A stretch of DNA of 64,000 bases, from positions 11,408,001 to 11,472,000 of the forward strand of contig OX597820.1 in NCBI GenBank assembly GCA_951406725.2, in the 5' to 3' direction. The stretch comes from Octopus vulgaris (lineage: Eukaryota). Made by a program: the position numbers and the translations under genes. Shown here piece after piece: positions 42,705-54,729 of the stretch. Below the pieces are notes generated by a model that saw nothing but the letters and a program-made list of their open reading frames with translations, was not told where the DNA came from and searched no databases. Numbering within the stretch: the first letter of the stretch is position 1; every line of letters begins with the position of its first letter.

Positions 42705-43199
42705 GACAGGTATGCAGGAGTACGGGGAAAGGGTGAGAATGTAAGCGTATATGTGTGCTAGAGTATATACGTATGTATATGTAGATATATGTAGATATAT
42801 ACGCATATATAGGGATGTGAGAATACATAAAATCGCAGACGGGATATGAAGGTCGGATAAGATAACACTGGCTAATTATGGTTGGATTATCTCAATTACG
42901 TGTGGATGTATATTACATTCTGAAGAGACTGAAAAAGAGGAGGAAATTAACCCATCAAGAATTCTTTCAAGTACAGTAACAAGTGAATGAAGGTTTCTAA
43001 GGAAACGGCAGAGGAAATTTGCTGAATTAATTGTTTAGACAGAGAGGTCTACGTTTCTTTGTGTATCCTTATTCTGATGATTTCCAATCAAAGATGGGAA
43101 AGAATTGTTCTGTACAATAACTGAATGTTGTATGTATGTATGTGATATAGAAACGGGCGACATTGTTCGAAAAGGGAGCATGTGATATTAATATCTTTT

Positions 43200-43849
43200 C
43201 TACTGAAAGCACAAGGCCTCGAATTTGGTGGAAGAGATTAAGTCGATTACATCGACCCCTGTGCGTAATTGGTACTTATTTAATCGACCCCCGAAAGGAT
43301 GAAAATCAAAATCGACCTCGGCGGAATTTGAACTCAGAACGTAAAGACAGACAAAACACCTATTTCTTTACTACCCACAAGGAGCTAAAAACAGAGAGGA
43401 CAAATAAGGACAGACGAACGGATTAAGTCGTTTATATTGACCCCCAGTGCGCAACTGGTACTTAACTTATCGACCCCGAAAGGATGAAAATCGACCTCGG
43501 CGGAATTTGAACTTAGAACGCAACGGCAGACGAAATACCTATTTCTTTACTACCCACAAGGAGCTAAATACAGAGAGGACAAACAATGCCAGACAAACTG
43601 ATTAAGCCGATTATATCGACCCCCAGTGCGCAACTGGTACTTATTTAATCGACCCCGAAAGGATGAAAGGCAAAGTCGACCTCAGCGGAATTTGAACTCA
43701 GAATGTAGCGGCAGTCGAAATACCTATTTCTTTACTACCCACAGGGGCAAAGTCGACCTCGGCGGAATTTGAACTCAGAACATAGCGACGGGCGAAATAC
43801 CACTAAGCTTTTCGTCCAACATACTAGCAATTCTGTCGGCTCACTGCCT
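43200..43849 (-). mobile_element. SINE family A, multimeric
   Basis: Repeated family A cores. Confidence 0.88.
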
Positions 43850-43864
43850 AATGTGATATTGATA

Positions 43865-44168
43865 TCACGTGATTGCGTGATCGACCAGACATTCAGATGG
43901 TGTTACACATTGCTGGTCATAATGCGCTTCATGTCGTTTTAGCTTTCGAATGAAGCCATTCTGCTAGTCAGGCGAGCAGGTCAATAATTCCTCCTTGATC
44001 GGAAGCCTTGTCCATTGCAGGGTGACTCAGTGACAGCTGAGAGGACTGGAGCAGCGTTAAATGAAGTGTTTTTCTCAAGAACACAAAGCGATGCTCGGTC
44101 CAGGAATCGAACCTACAATCTAGTGATCATCAGTGCAATACCATAACCACTGGGCCACGCGCCTTCGC
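43865..44168 (-). mobile_element. tRNA-derived SINE with family D head/central domain and family C-type tail
   Basis: TGGCCCAGTGG A-box, GGTTCGATTCC B-box, GTGTTCTTGAG..AACACTT; tail matches 13021-13140. Confidence 0.75.
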
Positions 44169-45538
44169 CTAATATTAATATAACTTATTGAATTATAAGA
44201 AATATTCCAGTATGACCTTTTTCTTTTTTCTTGTTTCATTCATTGGACAACTGCCATGCTGGAGCACTGCCTTGAACGCTCTAGCCCTACGAATCGACAC
44301 CAACATTTACTTCTTAATGTCTGGTACTTATATCGTTCTCTTTTGCCGAACCGAAAAGTTATGGGGCCCGTACCCAAACCAATACCGGTTATCAATAGGG
44401 AGGCGAGACAAACACAGACATATACAAACTATGCATGTGTCGAAATCATAATGGTCTCTGTTTGGCAGCTGATGATACATATTTGTAATGCTTGTTTATG
44501 AGTTGTTGTTTTTTATTTCTTAGTCACGTTATTCAAGTAAAATGGAAGTGTTTTTTGGAGATTACTAACATTGATATTGTCTTTCTGCACAGATAATTTT
44601 ATTACGCTTAGGTAAAGGGACATGTCTAGTATATAGACCCCAGTACTTAACTGGTATTTTATTTTATCGATCACCGAAAGGATAAAAGGTGAAGTTGACT
44701 TCGTCAGGATTTGAATGCAAAATATAAGGAGCTGGAAAAAATGTCGCAAACCATTTTGTCCGATGTTCTAACGGTTCCCGCAGCCCGCCGCTTTCGAAAG
44801 CTAGGTTTTATGATGACGGATAAGACAGATGCCAAAGAAGATATTGAGAGATATCAAGCAAAACTAATTGACAGAACTGTGGAATATATATGGAAGGGTA
44901 CTTCTGGCTTCTTTTTGCTTTAAATCAGCGTCCACAACCTTTTCTGCACAACATACCGGTTTCATGCAACTTATTTTCCCACGCACCGGGGGATCACGCG
45001 CTTAGAAAAACACAATAAAATAGATAATATATTATTTAATTATCAAATATATAATACGATGTAATTATTGCATTATACATTATGCAGTTTTTTCTACTAT
45101 TATTGCGCATGAAAAATAATTTTTTTTAAAAAATAGAATCTATTTTTAAAAATTATATACAGCGCTCTCACCATTGTTACAGTTAACTTGTGGGTTTAAT
45201 TCATCGATGTGTGAATAAAGTGTGGCATAGTACGTGAAAAAGTTACAGACGGGGTATTAACTTTTTACAATAAAACATTCTATAGGAGTACGAAATTCAA
45301 TGAAATAGAAATAGAATTTTAAAATATTATTATTGCTTACCCAAGCCTTTTAATTGAAGCGAATTGAGCTTTGTAAGTGCTTGACTAAACTTGCTGATCG
45401 TGAAATTTGTAAGTTTGATTTTTAAATTTTTTTAAGTATCACCATTATAGGTATTTACGCCCCGGTGAAATTAAGAAATCAACTCGTAAATATACGAAAC
45501 CCTCAAATCCATTACTGCACACACACACACAGAGTCGC

Positions 45539-45569
<31 letters not shown>

Positions 45570-45720
45570 TGTATGTATGTATGTATGTATGTATGTATGT
45601 ATGTATGTATGTATATATGTATGTATGTATGTATGCATGTATGTATGTATGTATGCATGTATGTATGTATGTATGTATGTATGCATGTATGTATGCATGT
45701 ATGCATGTATGTATGTATTT

Positions 45721-46023
45721 GTGGAGGCGCAATGGCCCAGTAGTTAGGGCAGCGGACTCGCAGTCGTAGGATCGCGGTTTCGATTCCCAGACCGGGCGTT
45801 GTGTGTGTTTATTGAGCGAAAACACCTAAAAGCTCCACGACTCTCCGGCAGGGGGTGGCAATCCCTGCTGTACTCTTTCACCACTCTTTCTCTCTTTCTT
45901 CTGTTGGCCTGCTCGCTTAACCTGCGGGGTGGCGTCGTTCGAAGGCTAAAACAATGCGAATACATTGTGACCAGCGATGTGTAGCAACATCTGATGGTCT
46001 GGTCGGTCACGTGATCACGTGAT
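45721..46023 (+). mobile_element. SINE family C
   Basis: Full head and tail. Confidence 0.9.
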
Positions 46024-46977
46024 GTATGTATATATGTATGTACCCTCACGTGCCTACGCGCATAGGTACACCATGATCTATGCACAGGCAGACGAGAGTC
46101 GATGCATATGAAAATGAAAGTGAACAAAAGGAAATACTTATAGAAAATATTGCATAGAACTTGAGGAGTGTTTTGAACGTCTTTTAATGATGGCGGTGAA
46201 TTAAACGTACTGTAGTTCGTGGTAGGATATAAATAATATAACCACTTGCTTACCGGCAAATTTGTAAGTTCAATTTTTAAAAGTATTTTTTTAAGTATCA
46301 CCATTTATAGGTATTTATACTCCAGTAAAATTAAGTAATCAACCCGTAACTAAACGAAAGCCTCGAATCCATCATTGTACACACGCACGCGCGCACACAG
46401 TCGCATATCTATGTATGTATTTCTGGATGTTTGAAGATAATCAAACAAAATTTTTATCATTTCGATAATGAGTATTTCTGCCAAATTTAGTGAAAATCTG
46501 TTCAACCGTTTTCCAGTAATTTTGCAAACACACAGACATAGATTTAAATAAATTCAACTTTTCTCCACACATTTCGCTCTCAGCGGAAAATACACTTCTA
46601 AATAGAGCCGTAAAAATATAGCTCTATGACATTCTAAGAGCTTCAAAAATTTCAAAAGATTCGCTTTCGTTATTAGTTCATTAACGTTCCTGTTGACCAA
46701 TGGGGTCAATGTAATCGAGTTACCACCCCCCCTTCTCCCGAAATATTTGGCATTGTGCCAAAACCTGGAACCGTTATTAATGAAGGCGATGAACTGGCAG
46801 AATTGTTAGCGTGCCAAACCCAAATGCTTTCTGAGTCTTTACGTTCTGAGTTCAAATACCTCCGAGGCCGACTTTGCTTTTCGTCTGATCGAGGTCGGTA
46901 AAATAAGTACCAGTTGGGCACTGGAGTCGATGTAACCGACGAAGCCCCTCCGACTAAAATTTTTGAAGCCATTATTA

Positions 46978-47162
46978 GCCAGTTCTATATTTAAGAGATG
47001 AGGAATTATGTACATTATTTACATTATTTACATTTGACGGATATTTGTCCTCATCTTGTTTGTTGTTAAAACAACGATTCGGCTGATGTACCCTCCAGCC
47101 TTCTTCAGGTGTGTTGGGGAAATTTCGAACCTGGGTTCTCATTCCTAAGATATTTTTCGATA

Positions 47163-47226
<64 letters not shown>

Positions 47227-47293
47227 TGTGCAGGTCACGCTTGGAATCGAACTCGGAATCTTGGGGTGAGTAGCCACTACGCCATATGGCCGT
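46978..47293 (-). mobile_element. tRNA-headed element with (AAT)n spacer and hammerhead-like 3' module
   Basis: A-box TGGCGTAGTGG (47284-47274), B-box GAGTTCGATTCC (47254-47243), ACAC-CTGAAGA-A-GGCTG..CAGCC-GAAT-CGTT (47112-47073). Confidence 0.7.
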
Positions 47294-47294
47294 G

Positions 47295-48050
47295 GACAGA
47301 CGAAATACCTATTTCTTTACTACCCACAAGGGGCTAAACACAGAGGGGACAAACAAGGACAGACAAACGGATTAAGTCGATTACATCGATCCCTGTGCGT
47401 AACTGGTACTTTATTTATCGACCCCGAAAGGATGAAAGACAAAGTCGACCTCGGCGGAATTTGAACTCAGAACGTAATGCTTAGCGGCATTTCGTCTGCC
47501 GCTACGTTCTGAGATCAAATTCCGCCGAGGTCGACTTTGCCTTTCATCCTTTCGGGGTCGATTAGATAAGTACCAGTTACGCACTGGGGTCGATATAATC
47601 GACTTAATCCGTTTATCTGTCCTTGTTTGTCCTCTCTGTGTTTAGCCCCTTCTGGGTAGTAAAGAAATAGGTATTTCGTCTGCCGTTACGTTCTGAGTTC
47701 AAATTACCCCGGGGTTGACTTGACTTTCGTCCTTTCGGGGTCGATAAGTTAAGTACCAATTACGCACTGGGGTCGATGTAATCGACTTAATCCGTTTGTC
47801 TGTCCTTGTTTGTCCTCTCTGTGTTTAGCCCCTTGTGGGTAGTAAAGAAATAAGAAACGTTAGCACGCCGGGCGAAATGCTTAGCAGTATTTCGTCTGTC
47901 TTCACATTCTGAGTTCAAATTCCGCCGAGGTCGACTTTCCTTTCATCCTTTCGGGGTTGATAAATTAAGTACCCGTTGCCTTCTGGGGTCGATCTAATCC
48001 ACTGACCCCTCCCCCAAATTTTCGGGCCTTGTGCCTAGAGTAGAAAAGAA
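47295..48050. mobile_element. SINE family A with inverted 5' unit (minus 47295-47477; plus 47476-48050)
   Basis: Junction CTCAGAACGTA|ATGCTTAGCGG. Confidence 0.88.
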
Positions 48051-48699
48051 TATAAATATCTATACATATTTTTAAACATGATTATCTGTATGTACGTATG
48101 TATGCATGTGTGAGTATATAGACGTGTGTGTAATGCTTTCTGTGTGGGCGTGGGAATGTCAGTTGTTTCGAGTATAAGTCTATCAACCACAAGTAAACAT
48201 TGACGTAAGATGTACATTGAAAAAACAGCAACGATAATCAATATTACACAGAGAAGAGCCAAAACGAAAGCCACAGCACATTGTTAAAAGTTATGTGTCC
48301 AATGTTTATGAGTATATAAGTGACAATGTGCTGACGGGGTTTATTGTAAATCTCACCAGAACGTTAACCACAAGGTAACTTAAGAGATAAAGCCAGTATT
48401 TCTACTCATAGGAAACATTTGAAGACGATTTCTATAGATATCTATATAGAATTCTGTCGTGTTCAATCCTATATAAATACCTTTATCAGATATTTATGTC
48501 ATTTAATAGGACAGAAATTTGTTGGGGTTGAGTGGAAACCAGATTATATAATTGTTACATCGAAAGTCGAAGAAGAAAAGTTGATTGAAAAACAGATATT
48601 TCGTCATGACTTTATTGTAATTTGGTCTGAATATTAGCGTTTCATAACAGACATACATACACACATACATGCATACATACACGTATACATTTAAATACA

Positions 48700-48769
<70 letters not shown>

Positions 48770-48897
48770 TATATAAGGATAAGATCTGTTACTTAAATAT
48801 CGATCGTATCAAGTGGCCAGCATGGGAATAAAAACCTTCAAAAGTAATAATTATTATCATTAGAATTATAATTTAGAGTATCTCTTTGATAGCTTAA

Positions 48898-48984
<87 letters not shown>

Positions 48985-48987
<3 letters not shown>

Positions 48988-50045
48988 TTTGATACTTTGA
49001 TACTTTGATAGGTTTCGGCCATTATTGGCCCAGGCCATGTCTAACTTAATAGCACCACCTGGTGAAGTCTTTCAAGTCAGAATTTGGGCACTATGGCCCA
49101 CTCAAGTAGAGAGTTATTGTTTACAGAGACATATCCGGGTGTAGGGGGTTTATCCGGGATTTCTTGAAGGAATCTGTCCAAAGACTTCTTGAACCCTATA
49201 GGGTCAGTTTCTGTTTTAATGTGTTTTGGTGTAATGTTAAAGAGAGCGGGGCCAATTGAGGTGAAATAATTGTGCCGTATTGTTGTTATGAGATGAGAGT
49301 GCGATTTTTGTTTTGGGCGGATGGCACGGGGCCCAAGCCTTGGATGTACCTTAAAGGTGATGCCAACATCATTTGGGCAATGCTGATGGAATATTTTCCA
49401 CATCATGCAGATGATGTAGCGCTCACGAGGACGTTGGAGAGAATAGAGTTTTAGCTTTTCTAGTCGACCCCAATAGTCGAGGCCTGTCATGCCATCTATC
49501 TTTTTTGTGATTGCCCTTTGAGGTGCTTCAACTTTTATGATACCTTGTATTGTGTGGGGAGACCACAGTGGACAACAGTATTCAAGGTGGGGTCGGGCAA
49601 AAGTGGAGAAGAGAAGGATAATGGTGTGGATATCTCTCGACTGGAAAGTTCTGAGAATCCAGGAACACATTCTGCGGGCCATGTCAACTTTGGTGTTTAT
49701 ATGAGTGGCCCAGCTTACGTTGTTGTCCACAATTACTCCCAAGTCTCTGATGTTGTTGGACGCCGCGAGAGTTTCACCTGAAGGAAGGGAGTATGGGAGT
49801 TTCAGGGCATCCTCTTTTCCAAAGTGGATTAGCTCAAATTTATCCTCGTTCAGCAGCATATTGTTTTTTTCTGCCCATTGGATAACAGCAAGTAGATCTG
49901 ACTGAAGGCATGTCCGGTCACTCGCCTCATTTATGACCTTCTGTAGCTTGGAGTCATCTGCAAAGATTTTTATGTTGCTGTGCTTGATGATGTCATTAAT
50001 GTCATTAATGTAAATGATGAAAATGATGAAAAGAAGTGGGCCCAG

Positions 50046-50048
<3 letters not shown>
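48985..50048 (-). mobile_element. CR1/L2-group LINE, 5'-truncated, with open RT C-terminal frame
   Basis: ORF 49077-50048: LGPLLF..INDI, FADDSKL, DLGV, RPHLEYCCPLWSP; (AAAGTATC)n tail; (TA)n flanks. Confidence 0.92.
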
Positions 50049-50129
<81 letters not shown>

Positions 50130-50540
50130 ATAATTATTTGAGGGGATATTATTCCTAACTTACAGAGAAAAATTCAATTTAGAAATACTAAATCAAATTT
50201 CACAAAATATTATATATATATATAAAAGTTAGAAAAAATCACCTTTTATCAATTCAAAATGAACAATTAAATTACACCATCTAGAAAATTACATATAATA
50301 GAAATATTAAAATTAAAATAACAATAATATAACGATGATTAAGTAAATTGAAAAATAATAATAAAGCATGATTATTCTACTAAATATATACGTTTTATCA
50401 TTATTTTGCAACTTACTTAATCATCGGTATATTATTGTTATTTTAATTTAAATATTTCTATTATATGTAATTTTCTAGATGATGTAATTTAATTGTTCAT
50501 TTTGAATTGATAAAAGGTGTTTTTTTTCTAATTTATTATA
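50130..50540. repeat. AT-rich inverted repeat (arms about 50224-50365 and 50393-50540) in (TA)n
   Basis: CACCTTTTATCAATTCAAAATGAACAATTAAATTACA and its reverse complement; no HHR seen. Confidence 0.85.
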
Positions 50541-50764
50541 TATATATATATTTATTTTTTCTCAGCGTTCACTGTTTTCCCTTCGTTTAGGACTAACGAC
50601 CCTCCATGTTTGTTACCCTTCGGTTTCCCTATATGTGTCCACTGTCCTGTTCTTGTTCCTAACTTTCACTCTCCATAAATCCAAAATCTCATTTTGGCAT
50701 TTATGGAGGGTGATCGAAGATTCATATTGTCGCTGATTGCTCGTAATGGGGAGTAGATAGACAG

Positions 50765-51527
50765 CCAAAGAAATAGGTATTTCATCTGTCTTTACATTCT
50801 GAGTTCAAATTCCACCGAGGTCGATTTTGCCTTTCATCCTTTCTGGGTCGATAAATTAAGTATTAGTTACGCACTGGGGTCGATCTAATCGACTTAATCC
50901 CTTCGTCTGTCCTTGTTTGTCCCCACTATGTTTAGCCCCTTGTGGGTAATAAAGAAATAAGAAACGTTAGAACACCGGGCGAAATGCTTAGCCGTATTTC
51001 GTCTGCCGCTACGTTCTGAGTTCAAATTCCACCGAGGTCGACTTTACCTTTCATCCTTTCGGGGTCGATTAAATAAGTACCAGTTACGCACTGGGGTTGA
51101 TATAATCGACTTAATCCGTTTGTCTATCCTTGTTTGTCCTCTCTGTGTTTAGCCCCTTGTGGGTAGTAAAGAAATAGGTATTTCATCTGTCTTTACGTTC
51201 TGAGTTGAAATTCCGCCGAGGACGACTTTGCCTTTCATCCTTTCGGGGTCGATTTAATAAGTACTAGTTACGCACTGGGGTTGATGTAATCGACTTAATC
51301 TGTTTGTCTGTCCTTGTTTGTTCTCTCTGTGTTTAGCCCCTTGTGGGTAGTAAAGAAATAGGTATTTCATCTGTCTTTACGTTCTGAGTTGAAATTCCGT
51401 CGAGGTCGACTTTGCCTTTCATCCTTTCGGGATCGATAAATTAAATACCAGTTGCGTACCGGGGTCGATCTAATCGACTGGCCCCCTCCCCCAAAATGTC
51501 GGGCCTCGTGCCTAGAGTAGAAAAGAA
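50765..51527 (+). mobile_element. SINE family A, tetrameric
   Basis: Four cores plus terminal GGCCCCCTCCCC..GTGCCTAGAGTAGAAAAGAA tail. Confidence 0.9.
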
Positions 51528-52373
51528 CGTGCGTATAACTTACTATAATAATGAAAAAAAAAAAACTTTCGGGAAATTTTTTTCCCCCGTGAATCGCTTC
51601 CTCGATTTAATAGCTTTTGCAGTACGAAGACAGACACGGGAATAATCAATTACGAAAAGAAACATGACCAAAATAATGACATCTAATTTTTAGATTGTTG
51701 GTATATGTTGACGGCACGGACTGATGATTGTCGAGCGCAACATATATGGATAATTGAGATGTGGTATAGAACAGGCATTGTCGTTTAATTAATGGTTTAC
51801 AGTCAAAGCCTTCCTCAATTGAGCGTTAATTGAGATGGAACATACATAAATTTCTACACTAATGAATGGTTTGCATTCAAGCCTTCTTTTCTCAACTGAA
51901 CATTATGAACCGAGGTAATAAACAGTGAGTTTGAATCAAATCTTACGGATCAAACTACCAAAGAAAATTGCTTCGAACCGGTTGTTCAAATATAATTTCT
52001 TTCTAACTACGCAACTACATTGGTGACAGCGTTCATAAAAAAACAATATTTGTTGACAAATTTACATAATTTATTTATTGTGTTCGTGTAATTAGAAAAT
52101 CTCACAGCACTTTGAATTTGATACCGAGAGGAAAACAAATGGAAATAAATCATTAGATTAGTAAACAAATAAAATATTTACTCATCCTTCTGGGCTCATT
52201 TAAGACACAGAGGCAGCACAAAGTGCAACTTAGATGGCGGGTATATTTGGCAAGCTTCCGCCATTAGTGCTTTGTAGAATTATTTAGTTGCGATTGATGA
52301 AAGGGCGATATCAATGTCTTGAGACGTCGAAAGTCGACTCAACTTTTTACAGGACTAAGTGACTAATAGTAGT

Positions 52374-52700
52374 GAAAGCGCGTGGCTCAGTGGTTACAGC
52401 GTCGGGCTCACAATCATGAGGTAGTGAGTTCGATTCCCAGACTGGGCTGTGTTTTGTGTTCTTGAGCAAGACACTTTATTTCACGTTCACTCAACTGTAG
52501 AAATGAATTGTAACATCACTGGTGCCAAGCTGTATCAGCCTTTGTCTTTCCCTTGGATAACATTGGTGGCGTGGAGAGAGGAGGCTGGTATGCATAGGCG
52601 ACTGCTGGTCTTCCATAAAACAACCTTGCCCGAACTTGTGCCTCGGAGGGGAACTTTCTAGGTGCCATCCTATGGCCATTCATGACCAAAGGGAGTCTTT
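52374..52700 (+). mobile_element. tRNA-derived SINE, family D
   Basis: TGGCTCAGTGG, GAGTTCGATTCC, GTGTTCTTGAGCAAGACACTT central motif. Confidence 0.8.
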
Positions 52701-52865
52701 GAGTGACAAATAATTATTCCTGATGTAGGCCCGAGGGCAATAGTTACTGGAAAGTTCTATGATAGACGAAACCCACTCAAGAAAGTTGTAATTCTTTTAA
52801 TTCTTTACCTGCTTCATACCAAAGGTAGCGGCCACGTTGGGGCACAGCCATTTACCAAAAACATT

Positions 52866-52987
52866 ACCTACAGTATTTAGATTTTCCTTAGCGTTTCCCA
52901 TCTAAGTACTAACTGGGTTCGACGTTGCTTAATTAACTGCGGTGATGGGATGAGAGCCTACATCTCCAATGTGATATGGCCGTAAAC
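52866..52987 (-). pseudogene. 5S rRNA pseudogene
   Basis: Minus strand GTTTACGGCCATATCAC..ATCACCGCAGTTA..AGCAACGTCG..GTTAGTACTTAGATGGG..TGTAGG, about 120 nt; many substitutions and a 4-nt insertion. Confidence 0.85.
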
Positions 52988-53963
52988 TTTGAGTTATCAT
53001 TTATTGAAAGTTGATAGATAAAAACATCAAAGCTTCATGTAGTGAAATTTTAATGGATTTTTAAACTATATTACTCTGTTGGCAGAAGATATAGCAAAAC
53101 AATAGAATTACTAAGAAAAGATTTCTTTGGCAAAAAGTAAAAACGCAGACTATACGTTAATATGAAAGCTGAATTCTGAAACAAAAAAGCGCAGAAGATC
53201 CGTTCGTATTTGATATACAAGCTGAATTCTAGAACAAAATATCTATAAAAATTTTCTGACGACGGAATCTCAAAGATATATAGCGATCGTGTTTCATTTA
53301 GAATAAATAGCAAAAGTGAGGATCGGTTCAAAGCTACACGTTGGAAATAAATATATCTTTAAAATGTTGCCCAATGAAGTGTTCGTTGAATCTACCAAAA
53401 GGGAAATCTTAGGGATTCTTGTTATTCCTAAGCGAATTGAAAAGTCATGTGTGCGTTCACTTCGGAACATTTTGCATATCAGCTTCAGTAATTTTTTAGG
53501 ATGTGTGAAACTCGAAAAGGAAACGTTAAGCTTGTATAATCATCTCCGTGGGAAGTTGTTGAAAAGATTAGATATGTAAATGTATTATCAGGCAAGCAGA
53601 GAGATATACACGCATCACGTAGAATTTCACATACACACACAAATATACATAGAAAGATATGTGTGTGAGGTGTATGTATATGTGCGTGTATGTGTGTATG
53701 TGTGTATGTGTATGTGTGTGTGTGTGTGCGTGTGTATGTATATGTGCGTGTATGTGTGTATGTGTGTGTGTGTGTGCGTGTGTATGTATGTGTGTGTATG
53801 TGTGTGTATATTCGGTTGTGTGGTAAGAAGCTTGCTTCTCAACACATAGTTCCGGGTTCAACCTCAATGCATATCACTTTGAGCAAGTGTCTTCTACTAT
53901 AGCCACGGGTTGACCAAAACCTTATGGGTGGATTTGGTAGAAGGAAACTAGAAAAGGCCGGCG

Positions 53964-54067
<104 letters not shown>

Positions 54068-54729
54068 TAGGCAGACAGACAGACAGGCAGACAGGCAGAG
54101 GTCAACTAATCTGATATGGGTTGATAAAGGATAAATACCAGTAAACTGTTCACGGATGGAAAAGCTTAAAACCAACGACAGAGTTACATTTATTACTAAA
54201 AAGGAGTGTGGTTTCAAATTTCGCTTATGTCAAGGATTGCTTTAAAGAATCACCAGGATGCAGTCTTTGTAATTATGTGTGTGTGTGTGTGCGTGCGTGT
54301 GTGCATGTACGCATGTGTGCGTGTGTGCATGTACGCATGTGTGCGCGCATGTATATATTTATATATGTATGCATGTATATATTTATAGGTATTTATGCAT
54401 ATATGTATGCAATCCTGGGTGCGACAAGGTCGTTACAACATGATAGAGTGCACTTAGAGCAATGAACTCAACGTCAGAAATTTGAGTGTTAATATGATTA
54501 ATCCATAGACACGAGTCTGACAAAATATATTTTGTCCCACCCAGGAGCTAACAAAGTACTGAAATTCATAAACAACCTTGCCCGGACTTGTGTCTCGGGG
54601 GGTAAACGCAATAGAGGGCAATAAAACATTCGGACGGATAGACGATACAAAGGCGGACATGAGAAGCAACAATTAGAAGGACAGGGAAAAAATAGCACGA
54701 GTCATTCGTGGCCTTTCTTCAGTCAGGAT

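Noticed and set aside
49077-50048. Functional 323-aa gene
   Set aside because: 5'-truncated LINE RT starting mid-domain at a (TA)n junction; lacks the endonuclease and N-terminal RT motifs.
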